From an uncultured Verrucomicrobiae bacterium (lineage in GTDB: Bacteria; Verrucomicrobiota; Verrucomicrobiia; Chthoniobacterales; UBA10450), in contig CAWFGO010000002.1 in assembly GCA_963815455.1 (NCBI GenBank), forward strand, positions 192,001-256,000: a stretch of 64,000 nucleotides of DNA, written 5' to 3'. Numbering within the stretch: position 1 is the stretch's first letter; every line of letters begins with the position of its first letter. Under the pieces are notes generated by a model that was given only the letters and a program-made list of their open reading frames with translations, did not search any database and had not been told where the DNA came from. Position numbers and translations under genes: made by a program. Positions 51,058 to 60,736 of the stretch are shown here, piece after piece.

Positions 51058-51848
51058 GGCACCGAATGCGTTTGTGCCGAAAAGGTGATGCCCCAAAGAA
51101 GCGTCAGCGCCACGCTAAATCCGAGGATGCAAAAAGCCGCGACGCGTTTCGGCGCTAGCCGGTGGAGATGCCGGGCTTGTAAGATTGCCCCGTACAGCAG
51201 CCAGACCGCGATCGCAGCCACGACCTGCACGAGAGGCAGCGGGCGTCCGGTAAAAAATCCGCTCACGATCCCAAGCGTATAAAGCGCAAAGCCAAGCCAG
51301 AGCAGCCGCGTGATCGCCGCAAAAAGATCGGTTAACGGCGGCAGATGATAAAAAATGGAATGCAGTTGATGGGTCTTGAGCTGGCGCTCCTGCACCAGAT
51401 ACATAACGGCAGCGATACAGGCGAGCCCGAATGCGCCATACGCGACGATCGACATCGATGCGTGAAATTCCAGCCAGGGAGAGGGCGGCAACACAATCGT
51501 GTGCCGCACGTCGATCGGCGCGATCAGGGCAAGCGTTTGAATCACGAAAACCAACGGCGCGGTGAACGCCCCCATCAGCGAGAGCCGGTAAACCGGCCCG
51601 ATCAGCATGTAAATCAAAGCGATCGACCAAGCCAGAAAAATGAAGACTTCAAACAGGTTCGTCAGTGGGCAGCGACCCAGGGCCTGGCCCCGGATCGACA
51701 TGAACGCCGTTTGAAAAACAAACCCCAGCCCAATCGCGAAAAAACTGAACCGCCCCGGTCGAAAAACCCCGGCCCGCAACGAGACAATCGTCCGCACAAT
51801 TGCCGCGAAAAAACAGAGCGTCGAGATGATGAGAAAATATCGATCCAT
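51054..51848 (-). CDS. Cytochrome c assembly protein CcsA / HemX family
   Basis: Multi-TM; CPLTNLFE, WLEFHASMSIVAYG, MYLVQERQLK, LPPL; directly upstream of hemA. Confidence 0.85.
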   Translation of the reverse strand: MDRYFLIISTLCFFAAIVRTIVSLRAGVFRPGRFSFFAIGLGFVFQTAFMSIRGQALGRCPLTNLFEVFIFLAWSIALIYMLIGPVYRLSLMGAFTAPLVFVIQTLALIAPIDVRHTIVLPPSPWLEFHASMSIVAYGAFGLACIAAVMYLVQERQLKTHQLHSIFYHLPPLTDLFAAITRLLWLGFALYTLGIVSGFFTGRPLPLVQVVAAIAVWLLYGAILQARHLHRLAPKRVAAFCILGFSVALTLLWGITFSAQTHSVP

Positions 51849-51965
51849 CGCGAGGGACGACTTTACCGGTGCGCGTCTGTCTTGGCAATCCTATGGCGCT
51901 CCGCCGAGCCGCGTTTGGCCGCTTTATGCTCGCTATCTAAACCGAGCGTCGGCAATCATCCGCCC

Positions 51966-52382
51966 ATGAACATAAAACGCCTCCTTATCGCTATCGTTGT
52001 CGCGTTCGTCGTCCTGTGGGGAACGGACTTTCTTATCCACGGCATCTGGATGAAGGCCGATTATCTGGCCACCCAATCGCTTTGGCGGCCCGAGGGCGAA
52101 ATGACGTCGTACATGGCCTGGATGCTCGGCGCCCAACTGTTGTTCGCGATCACCTTCGTAATGATTTGGACTCGATGGGCCGATACCGCGCGTCTCATGT
52201 GCGCAATCGTCTTCGGTTTTCTCATGGGCATTTTTTCCGGCGCCTGGGCGATCATCATGTATGTCGTTATTCCGATGCCCGGGTCAATCGCTGCCAAGTG
52301 GTTCTTTGCCGGCATCGCCCAGGCAATCCTAATTGGCCTAGTCACCTTCTACGTTTACAAACCAAAGACTGCGGGCGCTTAG
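51966..52382 (+). CDS. Hypothetical 4-TM membrane protein
   Basis: Hydrophobic 138-aa ORF from ATG 51966 (MNIKRLLIAIVV..DFLIHG..SLWRPE). Confidence 0.7.
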   Translation: MNIKRLLIAIVVAFVVLWGTDFLIHGIWMKADYLATQSLWRPEGEMTSYMAWMLGAQLLFAITFVMIWTRWADTARLMCAIVFGFLMGIFSGAWAIIMYVVIPMPGSIAAKWFFAGIAQAILIGLVTFYVYKPKTAGA

Positions 52383-52440
52383 CACGCGCCCTTGAGTCGG
52401 CGCATTGACGTTTCCCGGTCGCTCGATAGCATCGCGCGTG

Positions 52441-52968
52441 ATGGCCGATGTTCTCAAAAAACTGCGCGCCGGCGTGCGCGATGTGCCCGATTTCCCGAAA
52501 AAGGGAATTATCTTCAAGGATATCACGCCAATCCTGAGCGACGGCGCCCTGTTTCAGGCGTCGATAGATGTTTTTGTCGAACGCTGCCGGGGAAAGAAGA
52601 TCGACAAGATTGTCGGGATCGACGCGCGGGGATTTGTCTTCGGATCGGCGGTCGCCTACGAGCTCGGCGTTGGTTTTGTTCCGATTCGCAAGCGGGGAAA
52701 ATTGCCGTTCAAAACCGAGATCGAGAAGTATTCGCTGGAGTACGGCGAAGCCGAAATGGAAATGCACATCGACGCGATGCTGCCCGGCGAACAAATCATT
52801 CTCGTCGATGACTTGCTCGCAACCGGCGGAACGTCTGCTGCCGCCGCCGCGCTCATCGCCAAGGTCGGCGGCAAATTGATCGAAGCGCAATTCCTGATCG
52901 AGCTGGAATTCCTAAAGGGGCGCGAAAAACTCGCGCCTACGCCGGTGGTGTCGTTTCTGAAATACTGA
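52441..52968 (+). CDS. apt: Adenine phosphoribosyltransferase
   Basis: PDFPKKGIIFKDITP, DARGF, RKRGKLP, YSLEYG, VDDLLATGGT. Confidence 0.97.
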   Translation: MADVLKKLRAGVRDVPDFPKKGIIFKDITPILSDGALFQASIDVFVERCRGKKIDKIVGIDARGFVFGSAVAYELGVGFVPIRKRGKLPFKTEIEKYSLEYGEAEMEMHIDAMLPGEQIILVDDLLATGGTSAAAAALIAKVGGKLIEAQFLIELEFLKGREKLAPTPVVSFLKY

Positions 52969-53023
52969 GACAGGATTTACAGGATTATTTGGATTGGAAT
53001 CTGAAAATCCCATTAATCCTGTC
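52969..53023. repeat. Inverted element with 9-bp tandem arms (ACAGGATTT / AATCCTGTC)
   Basis: GACAGGATTTACAGGATT ... AATCCCATTAATCCTGTC between convergent stops; encodes the last codons of the downstream gene. Confidence 0.7.
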
Positions 53024-53384
53024 CCTCCTTTGGTTTCATCACCACTTCCATCTTGATCTCCTGAAACCCGAGTTGATCGTGAATCAAGCCGAGCAATTCG
53101 AGCGCTCGCGCGTCGGGCATTTGCTCGCATCGGACTTCAATGCGCGCTCGTTTCCCGGCCAGCTCCGGGTGCGTCTGCACTAGTTCGCCGTCGAGCAGAA
53201 ATGAAACGTAAGCGTTGAAGCGCTCCTGTAATTCGAGCAACCGCTCATCCGAGCCGTCCCATTCGCCCGGCTCGTTCATGACCAGAAGGATGCTGTCGGT
53301 TTTTGTGTCGTGGGCGATCACATCGATTACGCCGATTCGATCTCGGACCGGGGGACCCTCGTTTGGATTGTTTGCTAAAGCCAT
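53013..53384 (-). CDS. Hypothetical protein (DUF6572-like)
   Basis: VIDVIA..LLVMNEPGEWD..LLELQERFNAYVSFLLDGEL. Confidence 0.65.
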   Translation of the reverse strand: MALANNPNEGPPVRDRIGVIDVIAHDTKTDSILLVMNEPGEWDGSDERLLELQERFNAYVSFLLDGELVQTHPELAGKRARIEVRCEQMPDARALELLGLIHDQLGFQEIKMEVVMKPKEGQD

Positions 53385-53426
53385 GGTTGGGAGTTAAACG
53401 TTGGGCGTTGAACGTTCAACGTTCAA

Positions 53427-53870
53427 GTGATGAAACGACCGAAACCTACGCGCCTGACGCTACTGGGCCGAAGCGAGGCGAAACTTCCCTCGTCGCCCGT
53501 TGCAGCGTGCCTGGAGACTTTTTCAAATCCGGCCCGGCGACATTATCGGATTCATTTCGAAACCGACGATTTCACTTCACTTTGTCCCATCACCGGCCAG
53601 GCCGATTTTGCCAGGATCGACATCGATTACGTTCCGGACCGTTTGTGCGTGGAAAGCAAATCGCTCAAGTTTTATCTCGCCTCTTATCGGAACGAGCGCG
53701 CGTTCAATGAAGCGGTCACCAACCGAATCCTCGATGATTTCGTGAAGGCGTGCGCACCCCTGGAAGCGATCGTGACGGCGCAATTTTCCGCTCGCGGCGG
53801 AATCGCGCTTACTGTCCGGGCGGAATATCCGGACGAAAGATCACGCGGGGCGAGCCGCGATGGCCGATGA
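53427..53870 (+). CDS. queF: NADPH-dependent preQ0 reductase (type I QueF)
   Basis: FTSLCPITGQADFA, VESKSLKFYL, RGGI. Confidence 0.95.
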   Translation: MMKRPKPTRLTLLGRSEAKLPSSPVAACLETFSNPARRHYRIHFETDDFTSLCPITGQADFARIDIDYVPDRLCVESKSLKFYLASYRNERAFNEAVTNRILDDFVKACAPLEAIVTAQFSARGGIALTVRAEYPDERSRGASRDGR

Positions 53871-53877
53871 AAAGCAG

Positions 53878-53959
53878 GTCATTCCGAGCGGAAGTCGAGG
53901 AATCCCGTTGCAAACCAAGCCGCCGTTCAACGGGATCCTTCGACTTCGCTCAGGATGAC
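53878..53959. repeat. GTCAT-terminated palindromic element, copy 5
   Basis: GTCATTCCGAGCG..GTCGAGGAATCCCG....CGGGATCCTTCGACTTCGCTCAGGATGAC between queF and queC. Confidence 0.85.
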
Positions 53960-53982
53960 CAGGTAAGATTGCGTCACATCAA

Positions 53983-54669
53983 ATGAAACACGCGGTTGTT
54001 CTTCTGAGCGGCGGACTTGATTCGGCCACCACTTTGGCCATCGCCATCGCGAATGGCTACCAAGCGTATGCGCTCTCGTTTGATTACGGCCAGCGTCACC
54101 AGGTTGAAGTGGAAGCAGCCCGGCGCGTGGCAAAAGCCCTCGGTGCAAAAGAGCATCGAGTGGCTCAGATCGATCTGCGCGTCTTCGGCGGTTCGGCGCT
54201 GACCGCCGATGTCGATGTTCCGAAATCGCGTTCGGACGCGGAGATCGGGAGGGGGATTCCGAGCACCTACGTCCCGGCCCGCAACACAATTTTCCTCGCC
54301 TACGCGCTCGGCTGGGCGGAGGTGCTCGGCGCCGGTCATATTTATTTAGGCGTGAATGCCATCGATTACAGCGGATATCCCGATTGCCGGCCGGAGTTTA
54401 TCGCCCTGTTTGAAACGCTGGCCAACATCGGCACCAAGGCCGGTTTGGAAGGGCGGCGCTTTCAAATTCACACGCCGTTACTAAAGCTTTCCAAAGCGGA
54501 GATCATTCGAAAAGCGATCGAACTCGATCTTGATCTTTCACTGACCCATAGTTGCTACGATCCGACGCCGGCGGGTCTCGCCTGTGGTCAATGCGATTCG
54601 TGCCTGTTACGGCTGAAAGGTTTCCGCGAGGCAGGCGTGCCCGATCCGATTGGTTATGCCGGGCAATGA
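53983..54669 (+). CDS. queC: 7-cyano-7-deazaguanine synthase
   Basis: [41 protein letters not shown]. Confidence 0.97.
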   Translation: MKHAVVLLSGGLDSATTLAIAIANGYQAYALSFDYGQRHQVEVEAARRVAKALGAKEHRVAQIDLRVFGGSALTADVDVPKSRSDAEIGRGIPSTYVPARNTIFLAYALGWAEVLGAGHIYLGVNAIDYSGYPDCRPEFIALFETLANIGTKAGLEGRRFQIHTPLLKLSKAEIIRKAIELDLDLSLTHSCYDPTPAGLACGQCDSCLLRLKGFREAGVPDPIGYAGQ

Positions 54670-54866
54670 AATCGCCGGGGATTTTCGTCTTAACCAAGCG
54701 TGAACAGCGCGCCGCAATTGTGATCGCGGTCGCTCTGGTGGCATTGGCCATGGCGACACATCATCGCGATAACGAAAAGCAAATCATTCCGACCACATCG
54801 ACATCGGCTGAGCCGAGCATCACGCCACCTTTAGCGGAAGAAGACAGCGCCGACAGCGGCGATTGA
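54666..54866 (+). CDS. Small hypothetical membrane-anchored protein
   Basis: ATGA overlap with que[21 protein letters not shown] segment. Confidence 0.45.
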   Translation: MKSPGIFVLTKREQRAAIVIAVALVALAMATHHRDNEKQIIPTTSTSAEPSITPPLAEEDSADSGD

Positions 54867-54868
54867 CG

Positions 54869-55720
54869 TCAGCGCTGAGTCAAACCCGGCACGCGCCCGT
54901 AGCCGACAAAGGTCGGGCCCGAGTGGTCGTCGGATTTCTGCTCCGGGCGCACGACTTTGAAATCGACCACACTGACTCCACTGCGCGGCTGATCCTTGTA
55001 CATTCGTCCGTCACTCGCGCCCACCATGAGGCGTTGTCCGGTTCCCTTCTCGCGCCCCAGATAAATCATCGTTTCCGTTATGGCCGGCTCCCGACTGGGT
55101 GAATGCGTGTCGGCCCAAAAAAGCAGATCGCCAGGCTGAAGAGCATTCAGCTCGAAAGTATCGTCGCTTTGAGCAAGAACGGCCTGAAAGTTTCCGGCTT
55201 TGCGAACCCAGACGTATTGGTCACGCGCATCTCGCGCCACATCCGACATGCCGCACTTGAGCAGCACATAATAAATAAAACCGGAGCAATCCATTCCGCC
55301 GTTTACCGGATCGGCCGAGCCATAGCGATAGTCCAGGTTCAGGCTGGTTAGGCCAAGCGCGATTTCGATGATCTTTCGCACTTCCGGCGGATCATTCTCG
55401 TAATCTGAAATTTCGTCGGACGAAATGGTCGCATTCGGCGCAGGTGTTTGTTTGGGAGTTGCCTGCGGGCGCGGCGTCTCGGTCGCGCTTGGCTCAGACG
55501 CCGCCGCTTCGGTCGATTCGGGAGACGCGGATGGTGTAGGAGAAGGCGTTCGCTTCGGTTTCGCCGGTTTCTTTTCCTTGCTATGGAACGGATTGAGGCC
55601 GCTAAAGAAACTCTTCTTTTTAGGGGCGGGCGTTTCCTGTTCTTCCTCAGCCGCAATCATCGTGGCCGCAAACGTGACCACCGACACAAGCAGGACCCAA
55701 ACTCGCAGCTTTTTCTTCAT
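54869..55720 (-). CDS. NlpC/P60 family protein, paralogue 2
   Basis: Signal peptide, Pro/Thr linker, YRYGSADP..MDCSGF, PGDLLFW. Confidence 0.88.
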   Translation of the reverse strand: MKKKLRVWVLLVSVVTFAATMIAAEEEQETPAPKKKSFFSGLNPFHSKEKKPAKPKRTPSPTPSASPESTEAAASEPSATETPRPQATPKQTPAPNATISSDEISDYENDPPEVRKIIEIALGLTSLNLDYRYGSADPVNGGMDCSGFIYYVLLKCGMSDVARDARDQYVWVRKAGNFQAVLAQSDDTFELNALQPGDLLFWADTHSPSREPAITETMIYLGREKGTGQRLMVGASDGRMYKDQPRSGVSVVDFKVVRPEQKSDDHSGPTFVGYGRVPGLTQR

Positions 55721-55802
55721 CGAAAATCTGCCATGACTAGAATCCAAAACGGCATCCGCACAACTCGCATTGGTCAAGACTCTCCGGCGTTTGCGAAAAC
55801 AA

Positions 55803-56819
55803 TCAACGTAATCCGGGAATGTGGCCGTAACCGACAAATGTGGGAGTAAGCCGGCCTTCCTGGGTTTTCGTCGACGGCGCAATCTTGAAATCGAACACGC
55901 TGACGCCATAACGCGACTCACCGTGGTAGGTGCGCCCATCGCTGGCCCCGATCATGATGCGATGCTTCGTGCCTTTCTCGCGGCCGAGGTAAATCATCGC
56001 ATGCGTGATCGGCGGGTCGCGTTCGATCTGATAGGTCCCGGTCCAGAAGAGCAGATCGCCCGGCATCAGATGCTCGAGCTCAAAAGTGTCTTCCTTTCGG
56101 CTGATCACCGGCTCGAATTCTCCGGCCTTGCGCAGCCAATTGTATTGCTCGCTCGAATCCCGTGGCACATCCGGAATACCGGAATTCGTCAGCACATAAT
56201 AAACAAAACCGGAACAATCCATGCCCCCGCTCTCCGGATCGGCCGAGCCGTATTTGTAATCCAGACCCTGACCGGCCAGATCCAGCGCAAGATCGACAAC
56301 TTTTTGCACGTTGCTTGGATAATCTTCGTATCCCGAAATTTGATCGGCTTTGATAGAAACCGGTGCGCCTTTCCTTGGCGTGGGAGTCGGCGTGGGTTCG
56401 GGCGTCTCGCTTGGCTCTGGAGAGGCGGTTGCGCTCGGTGACGGCGTCGGCGTTTCAGTCGGTGTTGGCGTGGGCGAACCTTTTCGACGCTTTTTGGGGG
56501 ACGGAGCCCGCGACTCTTCCGGCGTTGGACTCGGCGAGGTTTTCTTGCGGCGTTTCGGCGATGACGAAGCCTTGGGCTCGGGCTTCTCCGAACTCGCGGC
56601 CTTTTTGGAACTCTTCGACTTGGGCTTCGCCGAAGGACTGGGAGACGGCGACGAATGCGTTTTCTTGGTTGTTTTGCGGTGCTTGCGCGGAGTCGGCGTC
56701 GGGGTCGGAGCGAAGACTTTTTTGATCTTGTCGCCGAGCGATTCTTCCGCCGTCTGAGCACTGAGAACCAGCGAACAGACCGCGCCAACGATAAGAATCG
56801 ATCGCCAACCCGCTGTCAT
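55803..56819 (-). CDS. NlpC/P60 family peptidoglycan endopeptidase, paralogue 1
   Basis: Signal peptide, long SP/TP-rich linker, YKYGSADP..MDCSGF, PGDLLFW, ITHAMIY. Confidence 0.9.
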   Translation of the reverse strand: MTAGWRSILIVGAVCSLVLSAQTAEESLGDKIKKVFAPTPTPTPRKHRKTTKKTHSSPSPSPSAKPKSKSSKKAASSEKPEPKASSSPKRRKKTSPSPTPEESRAPSPKKRRKGSPTPTPTETPTPSPSATASPEPSETPEPTPTPTPRKGAPVSIKADQISGYEDYPSNVQKVVDLALDLAGQGLDYKYGSADPESGGMDCSGFVYYVLTNSGIPDVPRDSSEQYNWLRKAGEFEPVISRKEDTFELEHLMPGDLLFWTGTYQIERDPPITHAMIYLGREKGTKHRIMIGASDGRTYHGESRYGVSVFDFKIAPSTKTQEGRLTPTFVGYGHIPGLR

Positions 56820-56829
56820 TATCCGACGT

Positions 56830-58164
56830 TTAGCCGGCAAGTTCCTCCAACAGCGCTTTGTTCATCCGAATTCCACCCTCGAAATTTTCCAGCGGGAAAT
56901 TTTCGTTAGGCGAATGGGCCCGGCAATCCGGCAGAGCCAGCCCGCATAGCAACGTTTCCGCGCCGAGAATGTTTCGAAACTCGGACACGATCGGAATGCT
57001 GCCGCCTTCGCGAATCAACGCGACGTCGTGATTGAACGCTTTCTTGAGCGCGCGCTGCGCCGCTTTCCCGAATTCGCCATTCGGATCGGTCAAATACCAC
57101 GGCCCGGAATGACCGCCGATCGTTTCCAGCGTGACTCCCGGCGGCAGATTTTTCTGAAAATGTTTTTTGGCAAGATCGACAACTACGTCGCCCTTCTGGT
57201 TCGGCACGAGTCGGAACGTCAGTTTGGCAAAAGCGTAACTTGGCAGAACGGTTTTCGTCCCCTGGCCTTGATAACCGCCACCGAATCCGTTGATCTCCGC
57301 CGTCGGCCGCGCCCAAATCCGCTCAAACGTGCTGAAACCTTTTTCGCCGAACAGCGCGGGCGAGCCGCTTTCCTGCAGCACCAGCGCATCGGCATCAATC
57401 GGGAGTTTGCTCCACATTTCGCGCTCCCATTTTTCCAGTGGCAGCACGTCGTCGTAAAAACCCGCGATCATGATGTGGCCATCTTTATCGTGCAAACTCG
57501 CCAGTAACTTCGACATCGCCATTAACGGATTCGCCACCGCGCCGCCGTAGATGCCGGAATGCAAATCGATCTTCGGCCCGGTCACTTTGAGTTCGAGCCC
57601 GACAACGCCTCGCAATCCATAACTCAGCGTCGGCATGCCCTTCGCAATCATTCCCGTGTCCGACACCACCACCACGTCGCACTTAAGGCTCTCGCGATTC
57701 TCTTTCAAAAATTTCGGCAGATTCGTGCTGCCGACTTCCTCTTCGCCCTCGATCACAAGATCGACATTGACCGGCAACTCGCCCTCTTTCTCGATCGTTT
57801 CCTGCAAACCGAGAATGTGCGCGAGAATTTGTCCTTTGTTGTCGGTCGATCCGCGCGCGAAAACGTAGCCGTTTTTTAAGACCGGCTCGAACGGCGGCGA
57901 ATCCCAAAGGTCGAGCGGATCGGGCGGTTGCACATCGTAATGACCATAGATCAGAACGTTGCGAAGCCCGGGCCGATGCTTGTTTCGCGCCCATACCACC
58001 GGATGACCCGCAGTCGGCACGACTTTGGATTCCAAACCGATTCCCTCCAGCTTCTTCGACAACCATCCCGCGCATTCGCGCACCTTTGGGGCAAACTGAT
58101 CGTCGGTTGAAACACTCGGGAACCGGAGAAACGAATAATAATCCTCAAGATAACTTTCGCGCAT
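56830..58164 (-). CDS. M20 family dipeptidase
   Basis: YGHYDVQP, ARGSTDNKGQ, EGEEEVGS, GGSIP, AHSPNE. Confidence 0.95.
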   Translation of the reverse strand: MRESYLEDYYSFLRFPSVSTDDQFAPKVRECAGWLSKKLEGIGLESKVVPTAGHPVVWARNKHRPGLRNVLIYGHYDVQPPDPLDLWDSPPFEPVLKNGYVFARGSTDNKGQILAHILGLQETIEKEGELPVNVDLVIEGEEEVGSTNLPKFLKENRESLKCDVVVVSDTGMIAKGMPTLSYGLRGVVGLELKVTGPKIDLHSGIYGGAVANPLMAMSKLLASLHDKDGHIMIAGFYDDVLPLEKWEREMWSKLPIDADALVLQESGSPALFGEKGFSTFERIWARPTAEINGFGGGYQGQGTKTVLPSYAFAKLTFRLVPNQKGDVVVDLAKKHFQKNLPPGVTLETIGGHSGPWYLTDPNGEFGKAAQRALKKAFNHDVALIREGGSIPIVSEFRNILGAETLLCGLALPDCRAHSPNENFPLENFEGGIRMNKALLEELAG

Positions 58165-58211
58165 GAGGAGAGCTTAGACAGAGCTGGGGACGTCGTCCAA
58201 CCTTGAACCGC

Positions 58212-58742
58212 TTATTCCAGCGATCGAAACATGACGTAAACATCGACATCGCCCTTTTTGGGATGTCGAAATGCTTTCGGTAACGTGCCGACGATCTTGA
58301 ATTCGAGCTGTTTCCACAAACGAATGGCCGATTCGTTCGTCGAAACCACAAAGTTGAATTGCATCGCGCGAAACCCGAGCCGGTGTGCCTCGGCCAGGCA
58401 ATGTTCGGCCATCGCGCGTCCCACTCCCCGGCCGCGTGCCGCCGATGCAACCATGAAAGCCGCATTGGCAACATGCGAACCTCCAGCGGCTTGATTGGGC
58501 TTCAGGATATACGTCCCAACCACCCGACGATCTGGCTGAGAACTTGACCGCTTTAAACGGTCAAGTTCCGCGGCGTAGGCATGCGTGCCGGGAGCGAACC
58601 AATAGGCAAGCGCGTCTTCGCGCGATATTTTCGGTTCGATCGCATAGGTATCTCCAGCAGCGACGACTTCTCGGAAAATTTTCCAAATCGCATCGTGGTC
58701 CGCCTTGGTGGCTTCGCGAATCTCCACGAGCGCGGATTTCAC
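58212..58742 (-). CDS. GNAT family N-acetyltransferase
   Basis: HVANAAFMV, RGRGVG, QFNFVVSTNESAIRLW, GTLPKAFRHP. Confidence 0.92.
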   Translation of the reverse strand: MKSALVEIREATKADHDAIWKIFREVVAAGDTYAIEPKISREDALAYWFAPGTHAYAAELDRLKRSSSQPDRRVVGTYILKPNQAAGGSHVANAAFMVASAARGRGVGRAMAEHCLAEAHRLGFRAMQFNFVVSTNESAIRLWKQLEFKIVGTLPKAFRHPKKGDVDVYVMFRSLE

Positions 58743-59773
58743 CGGCTCTTGAAGGTTAATGGAACAATCACGAAACCTTCATGGCCCGGCTCACATTTCC
58801 ATTGCCCAAGCCCCTTGATGGAAGCGGCATCGAGAGCTTCGACCCCGGTCGAATTCAGTACCTGAACATTTTTGACGGTGCCATCCGCATTAAAATTGAC
58901 TCGATAACGGCCCGACCTGGCGACCCCGTCGCTGAAACGCGCCTCGGACGGATAAATCGGCTTCGGCGTGTAAACAAGACGTGGCCTGGGCGTCGGCGTA
59001 GGACGGGGTTCGCCTGGCCAGCGGGCGGTCGCATTCGGCTGAATTTCCTCCACAACGGATTTCACTGCATTCACCGATTGAATAACGGTCGATCCTTCCT
59101 CTTTCTGGTCGCGTTCCGTTACAACTCCGATGACATCGCCGTTTTCACCAACAACGGGGGCACCAAGCGAAATCTCTGGAACCTGAGCCACCAGGCCGAA
59201 TTGGTTTTGGCTCTCCTCGGCCCCGTTGCCCGCTATTTTTCCCTCGACCGGGGCGCCTTCGCTCCCGGCTAGCGAGCTTCCTATCACCGCCACTTGCGTG
59301 CCGGGCTCAGGCTTGGCGTTCTCAGCCAGAGGCAGAAATGGGACGGTCTTAACATCGGCATTGAGAACGGCGAGATCGAGCTTCGTGGAATGCACCAGGA
59401 CGTTGCTGATGTTGTAAAGCCCCCCATCTGCGGTCTTGGCAACCGCGTTCACCGCGCCCTCAATCGTGCGCGACGCGGTGATGATCCTGCCGTTATCGGA
59501 AATGAAAAATCCTGTGCCTGAGCGCAACAGATTTCCCGCTGGATCAAAAACCGTAATCAAAATTACTGCGGGCCGGATTTTTTCGGCAAGTTGCTCCAGA
59601 TGCGTTTTCTCCGGCGTCGGAGTCGCCGTGGGAACCGGAGTAATTGGAGCCGGAGTGGATGCCTGCTCCGTAACCTGAGGAACGGTTTCGGGCTCCGCCT
59701 TTCGCTTGCATCCTGTCGCGGCGAGAACGGCAAGGCAAAGGGCGTATCGAATTGTGAGCCAAAAGAGTTTCAT
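58739..59773 (-). CDS. Lipoprotein with degenerate trypsin-like domain fused to a TonB C-terminal domain
   Basis: Lipobox-like LAATGC; SGTGFFI, DLAVL, GAPVV..GDVIGV; C-terminal PKPIYP..VNFNADGTV..STGVEALDAA..QWKCEP. Confidence 0.75.
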   Translation of the reverse strand: MKLFWLTIRYALCLAVLAATGCKRKAEPETVPQVTEQASTPAPITPVPTATPTPEKTHLEQLAEKIRPAVILITVFDPAGNLLRSGTGFFISDNGRIITASRTIEGAVNAVAKTADGGLYNISNVLVHSTKLDLAVLNADVKTVPFLPLAENAKPEPGTQVAVIGSSLAGSEGAPVEGKIAGNGAEESQNQFGLVAQVPEISLGAPVVGENGDVIGVVTERDQKEEGSTVIQSVNAVKSVVEEIQPNATARWPGEPRPTPTPRPRLVYTPKPIYPSEARFSDGVARSGRYRVNFNADGTVKNVQVLNSTGVEALDAASIKGLGQWKCEPGHEGFVIVPLTFKSR

Positions 59774-59860
59774 CTGTCTCCCGTCATAGTGTCCGACATT
59801 AGGCGGGATTCAATCAAGCCAGCAAATTGCCGGTGCATTTCTGCCCCGCGCTCAGGTCCT

Positions 59861-60280
59861 CTACGACGGCTTTGGCGGTCGAGTCGCGAAGCAAAGGACA
59901 ATCAACGCGCCGAACAGGGCGAGATCGGTCGCCATATGTGCCGGAAAACTCCAGTGTTGGCTGGCGTGACCGAAACAACCGCAGGTAATGTCCAGCCCGC
60001 GAATTTTCGCGGCAACAGTGGCAATGATGAAGACCGAAACGAGCGCGATCAGGATCGACAATGCACCGCGATACAACAAACGAAAAATCAGAGCCAGACC
60101 GCAAAAGATTTCCAGCCACGGCAAGTAAAAAGCCAGACCGGCACATACGGTCCACGGAAGGATCTTGTAATTATCGATGTCGCCGGCGAACTGGACCGGA
60201 TCGAGCACTTTGATCACCCCGGCATAAAGGAAAAGGCCGCCGATGATAAGATCGACAATGCGCCAGAGAATTTTCATCAT
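59861..60280 (-). CDS. MauE/DoxX family membrane protein
   Basis: FLYAGVIKV, LPWLEI, RGLDITCGCFG. Confidence 0.88.
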   Translation of the reverse strand: MMKILWRIVDLIIGGLFLYAGVIKVLDPVQFAGDIDNYKILPWTVCAGLAFYLPWLEIFCGLALIFRLLYRGALSILIALVSVFIIATVAAKIRGLDITCGCFGHASQHWSFPAHMATDLALFGALIVLCFATRPPKPS

Positions 60281-60720
60281 TTTTTCTTCAGCCACGCTTC
60301 CCAGCCGCCTTCGAGGACGAACACGCAATTTTTTCCATCGGTGTCTCTCAATTGGACCGCGTCGCGCAATTTCTTTGCGACCTCGCGACTGGCGTTGCAA
60401 CTGAGGCTGCTGCAATAAACGACAACCTTCTTATCCGGCGTCCAGGCTGCCAATAACTGCGGCAGTAATTCGTTCCAGCGATCTTCATTCAACAAGATCC
60501 CGCCGGGAACGTGTTCTCGCTCGAACTCGTCGGCCGGCCGTGCGTCAACCCAAATCGCGCCGTCTCCCCAAGCCCGCGCCTGATCGACAGTGACCATTTC
60601 CGATGCAAGCACCGGCGAGCGCCACGAAATTTTATCGCGAAAATAAATCGCCTCCCCCAGCGCAGGCAGCAATGTCAGCGCAGCAAGGATGACCGCTTGG
60701 CGGAGCCAGGGTAATCTCAC
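60277..60720 (-). CDS. Rhodanese-like domain protein
   Basis: WVDARP..FEREHVPG, VVYCSSLSC, LEGGWEAW. Confidence 0.9.
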   Translation of the reverse strand: MRLPWLRQAVILAALTLLPALGEAIYFRDKISWRSPVLASEMVTVDQARAWGDGAIWVDARPADEFEREHVPGGILLNEDRWNELLPQLLAAWTPDKKVVVYCSSLSCNASREVAKKLRDAVQLRDTDGKNCVFVLEGGWEAWLKKK

Positions 60721-60736
60721 AGAATTGCGCCGGCTA

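Noticed and set aside
56370..56710. Periodic GGCGT/GGAGT DNA repeats in the NlpC/P60 genes
   Set aside because: Explained by Pro-Thr/Pro-Ser linker codons.
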